Positions 44,095 through 54,312 of a stretch of DNA of 64,000 nucleotides are shown in pieces (position 1 is the first letter of the stretch; the number at the start of each line of letters is the position of its first letter). Position numbers and translations under genes: made by a program. The notes beneath the pieces are model-generated. The model ran no database searches. It was not told the DNA's origin and saw only the letters and a program-made list of their open reading frames with translations. The stretch spans positions 244 to 64,243 of the forward strand of contig JAFGGO010000085.1 of the NCBI GenBank assembly GCA_016930515.1. Reading direction: 5' to 3'. The stretch is from Promethearchaeota archaeon (GTDB taxonomy: Archaea > Asgardarchaeota > Lokiarchaeia > Sigyniarchaeales > SOKP01).

Positions 44095-47000
44095 TTAACT
44101 AGTGCTCTTGTTTTTTTCTATAATAACTTGTAAATAACTATGTAATTCTTTAATATTATCGTAAATTAAAATAACATCATCACTATTTGGGTCCTCCTTA
44201 GTTTCAATTAAGCGACATTTGTTCAATATATCAATCGCTAAAAGCGCCCAATCAATGTTTAAAATTACTCCTAGATACTCAAATAACGATTCCAAAGCTT
44301 TATTGTTGAAATCCTTTTCTTTATCACCTTGTGCAATATTAGTCATGAAATTAAGAATTGCTTTTTTTTCTTGCTCAAGAGCATCTTTATAATTTCTAGT
44401 ATTTATTGAACGATAGATCGTAAAAATATCTTGCAAGAACAAAGATATTGAATTCTTAGCCCGGTTCATGTAAATATTGCGTTTTTCTCTTTTTTCATGA
44501 TTTTGATCGCGTTCTCGTGGATAAATAATCTCAGGTTCTCTATCCTTAGATTCAAACGATATAACCTCTGGGATTTCTAACAAGGCCGATTCTTTCGCTT
44601 CAAAATAATCCTTCAACGCTCTTTCGAATTTTTCTCCAACAGAATAGGAAGAACGTAAAGATTCTGCTCCACTAGCCTCTAAAGGATGTTGTTCTACTAA
44701 ATAATCGTGCTGAACTAATATTGAAAACAAATCGTCCCTAATCTTGTTTATTTTGTGCTTAAATTTTCTTTTTTTGACAATTTTTGACGCTTTATTATAT
44801 ATATACTTCATGAGTTCTTCCTTAACTCTTCTTTCACTTAAATTTCCTACCTTATGAATAGTTTTCAGTCCATTGAGAAATTTAACGATGTCTTCAACGA
44901 AGCCTGAATAAATTTCAAAATCTTTCTCAAACAATGTTTTATTGGCTTGTCGAGCAATTTCCTTTTCTGCAAATTCCATATCGTATCCTTGATTCTTCAT
45001 GAAAGCAACAATCTCTTTTTGGCTTGGGACTCGCAGGTCTTTTAATTCATCGAGATCTAGCTGAACTGGAAAAGGTTGATCAATATCTGAACGCTTCACA
45101 ACTATTTCTGCGGGTGTCATCGTAGATAAGTAGTTAATCTGGAAAGTTTCGTTCCTGCTGGAACTGTAAATACCAGATCCATGAAGCTTCCTGAAATTCA
45201 TTGAATATCCAATATAAGAAGCGTCGCACTTATTAAATATTCGAAAGGTTGCTAAATTCTTGAAAAACGAAAATGCGTGTTCGTGTAAATATCTGGCTTT
45301 ATTAGCCGAAGCAATCACACCAAAACCAAGGTTAAAAAGACTTCCTAAAAATTTATCAATTTTGCCATAATTACCCATTTTATTCAAGTATGATTCTTCA
45401 AAAAAAGCATCGATGTGAGGGATGACGAGGATCTTTTCTCGCACGCTTTGTCCAACTGAACTCAAGATATCGGAGTGACGTGAAATGTGAATTATTTTCG
45501 CTGCTATTAAAAAAGAAGCAAAAACTTTTCTTCTTATATCGTTCAAAATCGATAAATCAATAATAATCGTAGAATCGTCGTTAATGAAATCTAAGGTAGT
45601 GATTGCACTTGTACCTTGCTCCGAACTTACAAAAAAAGCCATTTCTTGACCTGTAAGATCTTCAAACAATGTCCTCAAGGAATCGGTTGCTGGATTAGTG
45701 TTCCATTCGGGATTAGTTTCAATATCTAATTTTATCGAATTTATGTCAAAATCTTTTTCGAGTTTTGAAATGGATCTTTTAAAAGCCTCCATGATTCGTT
45801 CGTCCTTACGGAAGGATATTGAGTATGCATCAGCAACAAAATCCAAGTACGAAGGATTTTCTGTATCGTACGGTAAGTCAGATCTTATCAAATCGATGGT
45901 GTAGGATTTTCCAAGCTTGAAAAAAGCCAGATTTTCCTCGTATCTCGAGTTCTTGAAATGCTTTAGCAATTTAGACCATTCTCCGGTGTGATCGAAGACG
46001 ATACACGGCACGCTATTTTTAACGAGCTGAATTACGGTTTTCATCATTGCTTTTTCTTTCATGCCGTCAAACCCATTCAGAAATAATAAGTTTTGTACTT
46101 GTTCGAATGTAAATCCGGCTTGAACTTCAGATTCCAAGACTTCGGTGTTAATGGTATTTCCCAAAACAACGAAATTTTCGAGATATAAAGGCGTGTTAAA
46201 CTCGGAAGCAATTTTGACTTCGAGACCCTTTTTGAGTTGTGGAAACAGATCAATGAGGTTTGTTAATGTTTTACCCTGTTGTAATAAATAAACCAGGTTT
46301 GAGCCATTCGTGCGGAAAAACTTATTTTTTAAGAGAGTTAACAAGCATGCAGATAATAGGGTTTCATGCTGGGTAAGAGTTATTCTATAATTTGGCAAGC
46401 TAGTTTGATATGAATTAATAAGCTCTCTCGCAACTTCGCTTAAAGATACTTCTAATTCAAGAGCGTTTCTCACGTTCATCTCCGTTACGTGCTTATATTC
46501 GCTCGTTGATAAAGTAAAAATGCACCTCCAAATCCCTCCTCTCATGTTCATGAATGTTTCTCGTTCCATCAATGTTCTTAACGAATTTAAGCTTGTTTGG
46601 GTTTTTTGGTTTAATAATTTCCGTGCCTCGCTTTCGAAGCTCTGAAATAGCATTGGAGCAACCGTTCCTGTATATGTGAAAGGAATCCTTAAGGGAATGA
46701 TCGATTGAAAAAAACTATCTGGACGCGCTAAGGGTCTATTCTGGAACCCAAAAAAAGGGGGATTGGCGCGAGCCATATTAAAGAATTTCGTCCCAATGAG
46801 GAGTTTTTTGTTCACCAAAGAATAAAGAGTGCTGGGCGTTCCCGATAACCAATAAAAAAACACATCTTGAAAGGGATTTATGATAGTCATGGAACTATCT
46901 TGAAAATTTGAAAGCATAACTTTGAAAAAAATCGACTTCCAAAATAAAATGATATGAATAAATGCTACTAACGCCCCCGTTGCGATAGATAAATGAAATC

Positions 47001-47958
47001 CCGCTCCAATCTTCCACATGAACAAGGTTAGAACTGTAAAAACTAAAATTAAATACGTGATTTTCGAGCTATATTCTACTATCAAGCGTCCATAGTCTTG
47101 TTTCACATCTTTCGCTGGTGGAACATCAGTTCCTAAGAAGAATGTCCTAAGGGCGTTTATCAGCTCGAGACCTTTCAATTCGATAATTCTGAAATGATGG
47201 AAATTCGCTTTAAATCCCGATTTAGCCGTTGAGATGTATTCATCTAATGTATTCATTAAATATCTTAACTTGCGAGCGTTTAACATGCCTTTAAAATCGT
47301 AATAAAAACAGAAATAAATTGAAGTTTTCATTGAAGAAATTGAGCTTGATATCGAAGTATTCTTTGAGGTCGTTGCATTTACCACTGGAAAATTAATCAG
47401 TGGTGCTTGAATTACTTGATAAGTAAAAGGCACATTTTGGGAATTGAGATATTTAAAAAAGCTGTTCATGTTGGGATTCACATTTTCTGGTACAATGGAA
47501 ATCTTAAATATTTTTAATCCAACGGAAATCAAGTCCTTGTGATTACTATAGAAGACCACATCAGATCGAGTTTTTAGTTGCCAAAATCTGAAGTTTTTAA
47601 AAGGATTAAGTTTGGTAACGCTGCGTAATCTGAAGGTTGAAAAAAAGGCAAGCTTGAATATTTCGTCTTTAAAAGCGATTAAAAACAATATCAGACTAAA
47701 CGAAACAAGTACTAATGTTAGTAATAAATCGTTAAATTCAAGCCAGATATAAACGCTTAAAAGCGCTAATACTGCGATCACTAATCCACTTTTTATATAA
47801 ATTATTCTAAGATTCGAATCCTTAAAACAGGGACTAGTTTTCCAAATGTTATAAAAATTGGTTGGTTCTTCTACTACGCTCTCGTCCTTGAACTTTTTTC
47901 TTAAAACATCGTTAGAACCAAGGGTTTCGTGACCTCTCCCAAGAATTCTATAACTCAA
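44095..47958 (-). CDS. Large membrane-anchored VirB4/HerA(DUF87)-like protein with degenerate P-loop motifs
   Basis: Two repeated 2TM-plus-soluble modules, then NLLFLNGFDGMKEK / IVFDHTGEW / TIIIDLS / KILVIPHID; TTG start overlaps the upstream stop and follows GGAGG. Confidence 0.7.
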   Translation of the reverse strand: MSYRILGRGHETLGSNDVLRKKFKDESVVEEPTNFYNIWKTSPCFKDSNLRIIYIKSGLVIAVLALLSVYIWLEFNDLLLTLVLVSFSLILFLIAFKDEIFKLAFFSTFRLRSVTKLNPFKNFRFWQLKTRSDVVFYSNHKDLISVGLKIFKISIVPENVNPNMNSFFKYLNSQNVPFTYQVIQAPLINFPVVNATTSKNTSISSSISSMKTSIYFCFYYDFKGMLNARKLRYLMNTLDEYISTAKSGFKANFHHFRIIELKGLELINALRTFFLGTDVPPAKDVKQDYGRLIVEYSSKITYLILVFTVLTLFMWKIGAGFHLSIATGALVAFIHIILFWKSIFFKVMLSNFQDSSMTIINPFQDVFFYWLSGTPSTLYSLVNKKLLIGTKFFNMARANPPFFGFQNRPLARPDSFFQSIIPLRIPFTYTGTVAPMLFQSFESEARKLLNQKTQTSLNSLRTLMERETFMNMRGGIWRCIFTLSTSEYKHVTEMNVRNALELEVSLSEVARELINSYQTSLPNYRITLTQHETLLSACLLTLLKNKFFRTNGSNLVYLLQQGKTLTNLIDLFPQLKKGLEVKIASEFNTPLYLENFVVLGNTINTEVLESEVQAGFTFEQVQNLLFLNGFDGMKEKAMMKTVIQLVKNSVPCIVFDHTGEWSKLLKHFKNSRYEENLAFFKLGKSYTIDLIRSDLPYDTENPSYLDFVADAYSISFRKDERIMEAFKRSISKLEKDFDINSIKLDIETNPEWNTNPATDSLRTLFEDLTGQEMAFFVSSEQGTSAITTLDFINDDSTIIIDLSILNDIRRKVFASFLIAAKIIHISRHSDILSSVGQSVREKILVIPHIDAFFEESYLNKMGNYGKIDKFLGSLFNLGFGVIASANKARYLHEHAFSFFKNLATFRIFNKCDASYIGYSMNFRKLHGSGIYSSSRNETFQINYLSTMTPAEIVVKRSDIDQPFPVQLDLDELKDLRVPSQKEIVAFMKNQGYDMEFAEKEIARQANKTLFEKDFEIYSGFVEDIVKFLNGLKTIHKVGNLSERRVKEELMKYIYNKASKIVKKRKFKHKINKIRDDLFSILVQHDYLVEQHPLEASGAESLRSSYSVGEKFERALKDYFEAKESALLEIPEVISFESKDREPEIIYPRERDQNHEKREKRNIYMNRAKNSISLFLQDIFTIYRSINTRNYKDALEQEKKAILNFMTNIAQGDKEKDFNNKALESLFEYLGVILNIDWALLAIDILNKCRLIETKEDPNSDDVILIYDNIKELHSYLQVIIEKNKSTS

Positions 47959-48851
47959 GAGTGTCCCTCCTTCAGATAAATAAACCAATAGATTGCCAAA
48001 GTGAATAATATTAGTACAAAAAATAACAAGCTCATTCCATAACACGCTTCGCTAATTTCGGGATGTAAGATGTTTTGAATCAATAATAGGATGAAAAACA
48101 AAATCGATGCGATTGAAGTCCCTAAGAGAAAATAACCCGGTATTTCTTGGGTACTTCTCTTGTAAAAGATATTTGAAGATATATTTCCTGCGCATTTAAT
48201 TTTATTGTTATTGTTGTTTTTAAGATTTTCTTCACATGATTTAAGTTGGTACAACTCTTCGAATTGGTTTTTATCATAACGCTTGTTCAATGAATTTTCC
48301 AGGTTTGCTTGTTTTTGTTTAATTTCCCTCAAGAGGAGATTTTTGACTATGTCCGTCCGTTCTTTTTTAAACGAGAAAATAGAATTCCTATTCTGAGGGA
48401 GGGTTAATGAGTTGAATATGAGCATATTATCTGATTTATTTTTTTGAAAAGACTCACTTTTTACATGTGAAAAATTTGGCGCTTCTATTTTCCGTAAATC
48501 GTAATAAAGGCCGATAAGTTCTGGAATATTTTTAATCGGTATCGACTGACCAGCTTTTTCGAATACTTTCTCGAGTTTTTTTGTTTTTTCTATCATGTCT
48601 GTTTTGAATATACCCTTTCCAAGCTTCTTTTCGATCGAGTCATTAATCATTTCCATGCAAATCCACGCATTTTTCCCTTGCTCTTCGATGATTTGGGAAA
48701 ATCCCATTCTAATTCCCGTTTCTCTAACATGATTTATTATCAAATTAATAAAAACAATCGATAATTTCTTATTGTTATTTGTTTCTAAACATAATTGTAC
48801 CAAGTGTCTCAATTTGGCGTCTAATACTCCGTATTTAGGTGTCAGGCTCAT
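47955..48851 (-). CDS. Hypothetical protein with two C-terminal TM helices
   Basis: 298-aa ORF with operonic coupling on both sides. Confidence 0.8.
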   Translation of the reverse strand: MSLTPKYGVLDAKLRHLVQLCLETNNNKKLSIVFINLIINHVRETGIRMGFSQIIEEQGKNAWICMEMINDSIEKKLGKGIFKTDMIEKTKKLEKVFEKAGQSIPIKNIPELIGLYYDLRKIEAPNFSHVKSESFQKNKSDNMLIFNSLTLPQNRNSIFSFKKERTDIVKNLLLREIKQKQANLENSLNKRYDKNQFEELYQLKSCEENLKNNNNNKIKCAGNISSNIFYKRSTQEIPGYFLLGTSIASILFFILLLIQNILHPEISEACYGMSLLFFVLILFTLAIYWFIYLKEGHS

Positions 48852-48853
48852 TA

Positions 48854-49591
48854 TTATCTCCTTCTCTTGTTAAATTTATATAGAATATTAGTAGCCAAAT
48901 CGTTTTTCTGAGTTGCACCTATAGCTATTTCTTCTTCAACAATATATTTATCGATTGGAACGACTTCTTGATGCTTGAGAATTGCCTTTTCTATTGTAGC
49001 CTTTAAAGTTTCCTCATCCGTGTCAAATCTTTTTAAAGTTTGAACTGTAAACACGGTATGTGGAAACAATGCAACAAAGGCCAAGATTTGGAGCCCATAA
49101 CCATAGCTAATGGTGTAGTTTAATTTAAGGTTGTTTTCTAAATCAACAATTTTGAGGAAAGGAAAATATAAATCATCTGAAAGGACATATTGATAAGGTA
49201 ATATTACCAAAAAATACCCATTCAATATTATTAATAATAAATTACAATACGCAAATGGTTGTGATTGTCTTGTTGAGTTAGTTTTTTCGATTGTCTTAAA
49301 CGCAACACCATAAACACAAATGAAAATAAGTACTATTACAATAACGCTTATTATAAAACCTTCTTGGAGAGATTTTGGATGATAACTTTCGTTAGGCGGA
49401 TCGGCTTTTGAAATACTTGTATTCCATCCAATAAATAGGTTTAGTGTCCAGTCTACCATGAGCAATCCATCAGCAGAGTAAGCTTGAAATCGATACCATT
49501 CAAAAAAAAAGGAAACAAATAAGATTGCCGTTCCTATTAGGAACATCCATTTGGAAAAGTCTGCATTACTGCTTTCGGAATTTGTTCCCAA
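48854..49591 (-). CDS. Four-TM membrane protein
   Basis: Four hydrophobic helices with extracellular beta loops; 2- and 7-nt gaps to neighbours. Confidence 0.8.
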   Translation of the reverse strand: MGTNSESSNADFSKWMFLIGTAILFVSFFFEWYRFQAYSADGLLMVDWTLNLFIGWNTSISKADPPNESYHPKSLQEGFIISVIVIVLIFICVYGVAFKTIEKTNSTRQSQPFAYCNLLLIILNGYFLVILPYQYVLSDDLYFPFLKIVDLENNLKLNYTISYGYGLQILAFVALFPHTVFTVQTLKRFDTDEETLKATIEKAILKHQEVVPIDKYIVEEEIAIGATQKNDLATNILYKFNKRRR

Positions 49592-49598
49592 TGATAAA

Positions 49599-51638
49599 TC
49601 AATCCTCCAGGAATTTACTATATTTTCGGACCAAATTCTCGTTTAAATCGTTAAGGAGTTGATTTTTATACGAAGTGAATTCTAATTGTTCGGCTTTTAC
49701 CTCACTTGCTTTCAGCGTATTTTTTATTTCCAAGTCAGATAGTAACTTAAACTTAACGGGATTCAAACCGTGCTCGTAAACAAATTGATCAAGGAAAGGA
49801 CCTTCTAAACGATCGGCTATTAGAATTAAATCAGAATCGTCAATCTCTAAAGCACGTCCATATTCTCCGTCATCCTGTTGCTTTTTTAAATTTCGTTGAC
49901 TTTGAAAAAATGAATATGAAATAAAGGATAGTCCCGAAATCATCAAAATCATCATTCCAAAACTCACCATCAGAATGGGAAAAGTCATTGAACGATTAAC
50001 CACGGTAAATAATAGCAATCCAATACCAAATAAGGAAAATGGAATTGAAAATATTGTTGCTTTTTTTAAAGTTTTATCGCAGCTATTAATATATTCCTCA
50101 AGAAAAGTCTCGTTCTTTACAAGCGAATTTGTAATGAAGTGTTTTTTTTCCAAATAATCTAATAAATCAGAGAGTTGGGATTCGCTAACCACATGCATAT
50201 TTTTCTTTTTCTGATAGGCAAAAGGAACTTTCAATGCTTCGAGAAATCTAACATCTCCTTTTGAAACGAGTATTGGTGTAATTATAGTTTTTATAACTAG
50301 TTCTTTTGTTTTTAATATCCTTGTATTACCAGAGAAAGGTTTTTGAACGGATAAATCCTCTTGAAAATATTTAGATAGATAAGAAAGAACGGATCCTGCC
50401 TTATCGATGTTAGATAACAATTTCTGAGTAGTTATTTTTAAAGCCTTAATTCCAGATTCTACGAGCAAGCGTTCCTTGTAAGGATTTAACGAATCTATTC
50501 CTGCTTTGGGATGATATTTGATCTCTTCTTCTCCGATTTTCAGATCTCCCGTGGTTTTGGCGAGCTTAATTGGCACGATGAGAACAATCTCCATCAAATC
50601 AGACACTTGGACGCTTTTAATCCCAATTGCATCTACTTGTTGGAATAATTCTATATACATTGTTTTTCTTGAAGGAAGTAATGAGAAACCTCCAGAATGA
50701 AGAAAATTCTCAATTTTTCTGATCAAACTAGAAGATTCTTTCCAATCCAATAGTTCATCCTCAAGCTCTGCTCTATTTTCGCTCTGGTTTTCTTGAAACA
50801 TAGAATTTTTTAGAATTTTTTTTTGAAGAGTGCAATTAGTAACTTGTTGGTTTTTATCTTCTTCAAAATCCTCAATGTTGAAATCAGGAAGATTCTCCTC
50901 TACAGATTCAGTTTCTATCAAATCATATATTTCTTCAATATCTAGTCTATTCTTAAGAGAATCATCTATATCTCCCAAAGTTTCAATTTGCTCTAAACTT
51001 TTAATCGATGCATTATCAGCATTTAAGGTTAATTTTATATCTATTGATTTTGCATCTTTTTCTTCAAATTTAGACTTTACAGGAACGAAGTTTTTCAAGC
51101 TTTCTTGCTGCATTTGATATTTAGCTGCTCTAATATATTTCTCAGCGGATTTTGCTGCAATTCCTTTTATCGAGCATAATTGACCGATATTTTTGGACGC
51201 TAAATCTTGAAGGGTATGAATTCCTGCTTGTCTAAATAAATTGGCAGTTGTCACACCAATTCCGTTTATTTGACTAATATCTGTCGTTCCTTTCTTTACG
51301 CTCGCCACGAAAGGCTTACTAGTATCTTCTTTAGAATTAACTTCTTTGACGACCATTTCTTGTTCTCCTTTAGGTGTTATAATATCAGCAACGTCCGCGA
51401 TAGCTTGCTTCTTGTCCGTATCTGAAATTATAATTTTAACTTCCGATAAAATACTTCGAAATAAATTTATCCACTTTTTACTCTGAATTTTTTCGGATAT
51501 TTCGATTCCTTTTCGAATTAAAACGAGCGCTTGTTCGTAATCGAGAGTTTCAATGGCTTGATTTACGCTATCTTCAAGAATCGTGAGATCCCATTCTACT
51601 TCGAGGTCTTGTTCGTCAATTTGATCGATTGTAGTCAT
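49599..51638 (-). CDS. Helix-hairpin-helix DNA-binding protein with an acidic linker, a possible degenerate PD-(D/E)XK fold and two TM helices
   Basis: ISQINGIGVTTANLFRQAGI and LCSIKGIAAKSAEKYI HhH pair; TM pair near the C-terminus. Confidence 0.8.
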   Translation of the reverse strand: MTTIDQIDEQDLEVEWDLTILEDSVNQAIETLDYEQALVLIRKGIEISEKIQSKKWINLFRSILSEVKIIISDTDKKQAIADVADIITPKGEQEMVVKEVNSKEDTSKPFVASVKKGTTDISQINGIGVTTANLFRQAGIHTLQDLASKNIGQLCSIKGIAAKSAEKYIRAAKYQMQQESLKNFVPVKSKFEEKDAKSIDIKLTLNADNASIKSLEQIETLGDIDDSLKNRLDIEEIYDLIETESVEENLPDFNIEDFEEDKNQQVTNCTLQKKILKNSMFQENQSENRAELEDELLDWKESSSLIRKIENFLHSGGFSLLPSRKTMYIELFQQVDAIGIKSVQVSDLMEIVLIVPIKLAKTTGDLKIGEEEIKYHPKAGIDSLNPYKERLLVESGIKALKITTQKLLSNIDKAGSVLSYLSKYFQEDLSVQKPFSGNTRILKTKELVIKTIITPILVSKGDVRFLEALKVPFAYQKKKNMHVVSESQLSDLLDYLEKKHFITNSLVKNETFLEEYINSCDKTLKKATIFSIPFSLFGIGLLLFTVVNRSMTFPILMVSFGMMILMISGLSFISYSFFQSQRNLKKQQDDGEYGRALEIDDSDLILIADRLEGPFLDQFVYEHGLNPVKFKLLSDLEIKNTLKASEVKAEQLEFTSYKNQLLNDLNENLVRKYSKFLED

Positions 51639-51669
51639 GTATAGATCGCCTTACAAATACAACCGTTAT

Positions 51670-51684
51670 ATTTAAAGAAAAAAA
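51670..51684 (-). promoter_or_regulatory. T-tract-C-TATA promoter element of the six-gene operon
   Basis: Minus strand TTTTTTTCTTTAAAT about 32-46 nt upstream of ATG; recurs at 60679, 63844, 63902 and 56891. Confidence 0.55.
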
Positions 51685-51801
51685 GGAAAAAATGGAAAAA
51701 TGAAGTAAGGTGTTGAAATTTAGATAAAATTATACTCTTTTGAACTTAAGATAATACTATAAACAAAATCATCGATAGAAAAATTAATTAATCTGTAATA
51801 T

Positions 51802-53790
51802 TTAACGATTGAATTCTATATTATAATTTTCTGTCTCCATATATACTTTCACACCTGCGTCTTTTAAGGTGTCGAGAATTTTAAAAGATTCAATGTCACC
51901 TTGTTCGATAAAGGGGTTGTTTATCAACCACACTTCTTCGAGTGAATTTAAGGAAGAAAACGAATTGGGAAGCGATATCAAAAGGTTGTTATGCAGGTAC
52001 AATTTTCGAAGAGATGAAAGGTTGCCAATCGATTCGGGTAGCGTTTCTAGGGCGTTATTTTGGAGGGAAAGGATTTCAAGAGATGAGAGGTTTCCAATGG
52101 TTTCTGGTAGCTTTTTTAACCTGTTCCACGAGAGATTTAACTCTTCAAGGCTTGCAAGATTCCCAATTGAGTCAGGAAGTTCACTCAAGCGGTTATCGTA
52201 AATTAGTAACTTTTTAAGTGAATTGAGTTTACCTATAGTTTCGGGTAAAGAAGTCAAGATATTTCTTTCCAGAGAAAGCCCTTGGAGCATTACAAGGTTT
52301 CCGATTGATGTTGGAAGCGTGGAGAGTTGATTGTCATGAATCCATATTTCTCTCACTAGTTCAAGATTTCCCATGGATTCAGGGAGTTTATGTAATTGAT
52401 TTGATTGGAGGAAAAGGAACCTGAGTGATGCGAGGTTTCCAATTGATTCAGGAAGTTCCCTTAATTTATTAGTGAATAACCACAGTTGTTGGAGTGAAGT
52501 GAGATTCCCAATAGTTTCTGGAAGATATTCTATTTCATTTTTTTGCAGGTATAATATTTTAAGGGATAAAAGATATCCAATTGATTCTGGAAGCTCCTTG
52601 AGCATGTTCGCTTCTAAATCTAAAGTGAGTAGGTTATGGATGTTTCCAATAGATTTTGGAACTCTCAATAACCGATTATTTGAGGCTAAAATAACTTGTA
52701 ATGAAGTAAGATTAGAGATCGTCTCGGGAAATGATTCAAGTAAATTATTTGATATATAGATTTTTTCTAAGCAAGAAAGATCACCAAGAGACTCTGGAAG
52801 TTCCTTTAATAAATTATTTTGCAGATAAATCCTTTTAAGAGAGCTTGATTTGCCAATATTTTCTGGGAGCGAAGAAATCCTGTTAAATTGAGCCTCCAAC
52901 GCTTGAAGCGAATAGAGTTTCTCAATATTGTTAGGCAAAGATTCGAGTTTATTATTACCTATTGACAAAGATTTTAACGAAGACAAGTTGCCAAGAGATT
53001 CTGGAAGGTAAATTAAATTATTTTCGCTAAGATCCAAGATTCGCAATTTTTCAAGGTTACCGAGAGAATCAGGAACTTCAATCAACTTATTACGCCTTAT
53101 ATTTAATTCTCTGAGCGTTTTAAGGTTGCCCATCCATTCAGGAAGCGTTTTTAATCGATTGTGTGTCAACCATAACTTTTTGATGGTAAGGTGATTTTTT
53201 AATCCCTTAAGAAGATTGAGATCGGTAATGTACTTTTGTCGAAGGTCTAAAATGTTCTTGACCGTGGGGATTGATTTGAAGTAATGTTGAATGGATTTTG
53301 ATACAACTTCGATTTCCTCCTCATTGAAATAGCTTAGATAAGCTTGCTCTAAAAGGTATTTAACAACCGAGGGATAACCACTCGATATTCGCTTGGCGAT
53401 TTCATCTTTAAAGATCTTTTTAGCTAGGGGATCCCCAACTTCTGACAGTTTTTTAAGCAAGGGAAAAGAAAGATTGCTGTGAAGCAAACGCGTGTCGTAA
53501 TTATTTTCATTCCAGGTTTGAAGGTTTGAACAATGTCCCCAGAATTCTTGAATTGGTGTAATATCGTGAATTCCCCCCTCGTATATTCGATTATTATGTA
53601 AGGTTTTGAAAATTTCAGATGCTTGATCGATGGTATCTATTTGGTCGTATTCGGATGCTTGATCCTTAAAAATTTTCAGGACAAGTCTCATGCATTGTAA
53701 GAACTTTTCTCCGTTAATGTATATGAAAGTTTTATCGTCTTCAAGTCTTAGCTTTATGTAGGCATTGACCGTAAATTCCATGGAATCCAT
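51802..53790 (-). CDS. Leucine-rich repeat protein with a Lokiarchaeia-type N-terminal domain
   Basis: FTVNAYIKLRLE..FWGHCSNLQTW..YDTRLLHSNLSFPLLKKL..GDPLAK, then about 19 23-aa LRRs. Confidence 0.93.
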   Translation of the reverse strand: MDSMEFTVNAYIKLRLEDDKTFIYINGEKFLQCMRLVLKIFKDQASEYDQIDTIDQASEIFKTLHNNRIYEGGIHDITPIQEFWGHCSNLQTWNENNYDTRLLHSNLSFPLLKKLSEVGDPLAKKIFKDEIAKRISSGYPSVVKYLLEQAYLSYFNEEEIEVVSKSIQHYFKSIPTVKNILDLRQKYITDLNLLKGLKNHLTIKKLWLTHNRLKTLPEWMGNLKTLRELNIRRNKLIEVPDSLGNLEKLRILDLSENNLIYLPESLGNLSSLKSLSIGNNKLESLPNNIEKLYSLQALEAQFNRISSLPENIGKSSSLKRIYLQNNLLKELPESLGDLSCLEKIYISNNLLESFPETISNLTSLQVILASNNRLLRVPKSIGNIHNLLTLDLEANMLKELPESIGYLLSLKILYLQKNEIEYLPETIGNLTSLQQLWLFTNKLRELPESIGNLASLRFLFLQSNQLHKLPESMGNLELVREIWIHDNQLSTLPTSIGNLVMLQGLSLERNILTSLPETIGKLNSLKKLLIYDNRLSELPDSIGNLASLEELNLSWNRLKKLPETIGNLSSLEILSLQNNALETLPESIGNLSSLRKLYLHNNLLISLPNSFSSLNSLEEVWLINNPFIEQGDIESFKILDTLKDAGVKVYMETENYNIEFNR

Positions 53791-53986
53791 CCTTACCCAA
53801 TTTTAAAATTAATGAACTTAATAATATTTAAATAATCCCTTAAAAGAAATTGCTATCGAATTTGCGTGTTCAATTCTTTAAAAATCTAATGGCAATATTG
53901 GTTCAAAAATATTTCTTTTTTTTGTTTATATATACTGATAACACATACAAATCAATGTATTTATCAATAAAACGAGGTATTATAAA

Positions 53987-54298
53987 ATGGTAATAACAGA
54001 AAAGAATCTTAAAGATATCGTAAAGTACAAGCAAAACACGAAAAATGCTCATAAATGCCCATTTTGTAAGAAAAAGATAGAAATTGGAATTGAATATGAA
54101 ATGTTGAGCAAGTTGAAAGAAGAAAACCGCTTTCCATACCCTCACGTGGTATTACACGGTAATCCTCTTCATGCAATGGTGTGCTATATAGATAGTAATT
54201 TAACTGTAAGAAATGTGAGCGTCATCAAGAGTGTTGAAATATCTCGCGATTCAGAAACATTTGCACAATTGATGAATAAATGGGCAAATCCGTATTAA
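53987..54298 (+). CDS. Small putative metal-binding protein (CPFC, HG..H)
   Basis: SD GAGGT; 14 nt before the helicase gene. Confidence 0.75.
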   Translation: MVITEKNLKDIVKYKQNTKNAHKCPFCKKKIEIGIEYEMLSKLKEENRFPYPHVVLHGNPLHAMVCYIDSNLTVRNVSVIKSVEISRDSETFAQLMNKWANPY

Positions 54299-54312
54299 TT
54301 CGGTGAAAAGCC

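Noticed and set aside
47959-48045. ORF-track N-terminal extension of the 1316-aa protein
   Set aside because: It overlaps the upstream gene by about 90 nt; the SD GGAGG and TTGA coupling favour a start at 47958.
43260-51638. Integrated conjugative element or provirus interpretation of the membrane operon
   Set aside because: No integrase, relaxase, replication or capsid genes, att repeats or tRNA target are seen in the window.
51850-53200. Regular 69-nt periodic repeats considered as a possible CRISPR array or tandem repeat
   Set aside because: They are degenerate coding repeats of the LRR protein, with no identical repeat-spacer structure.
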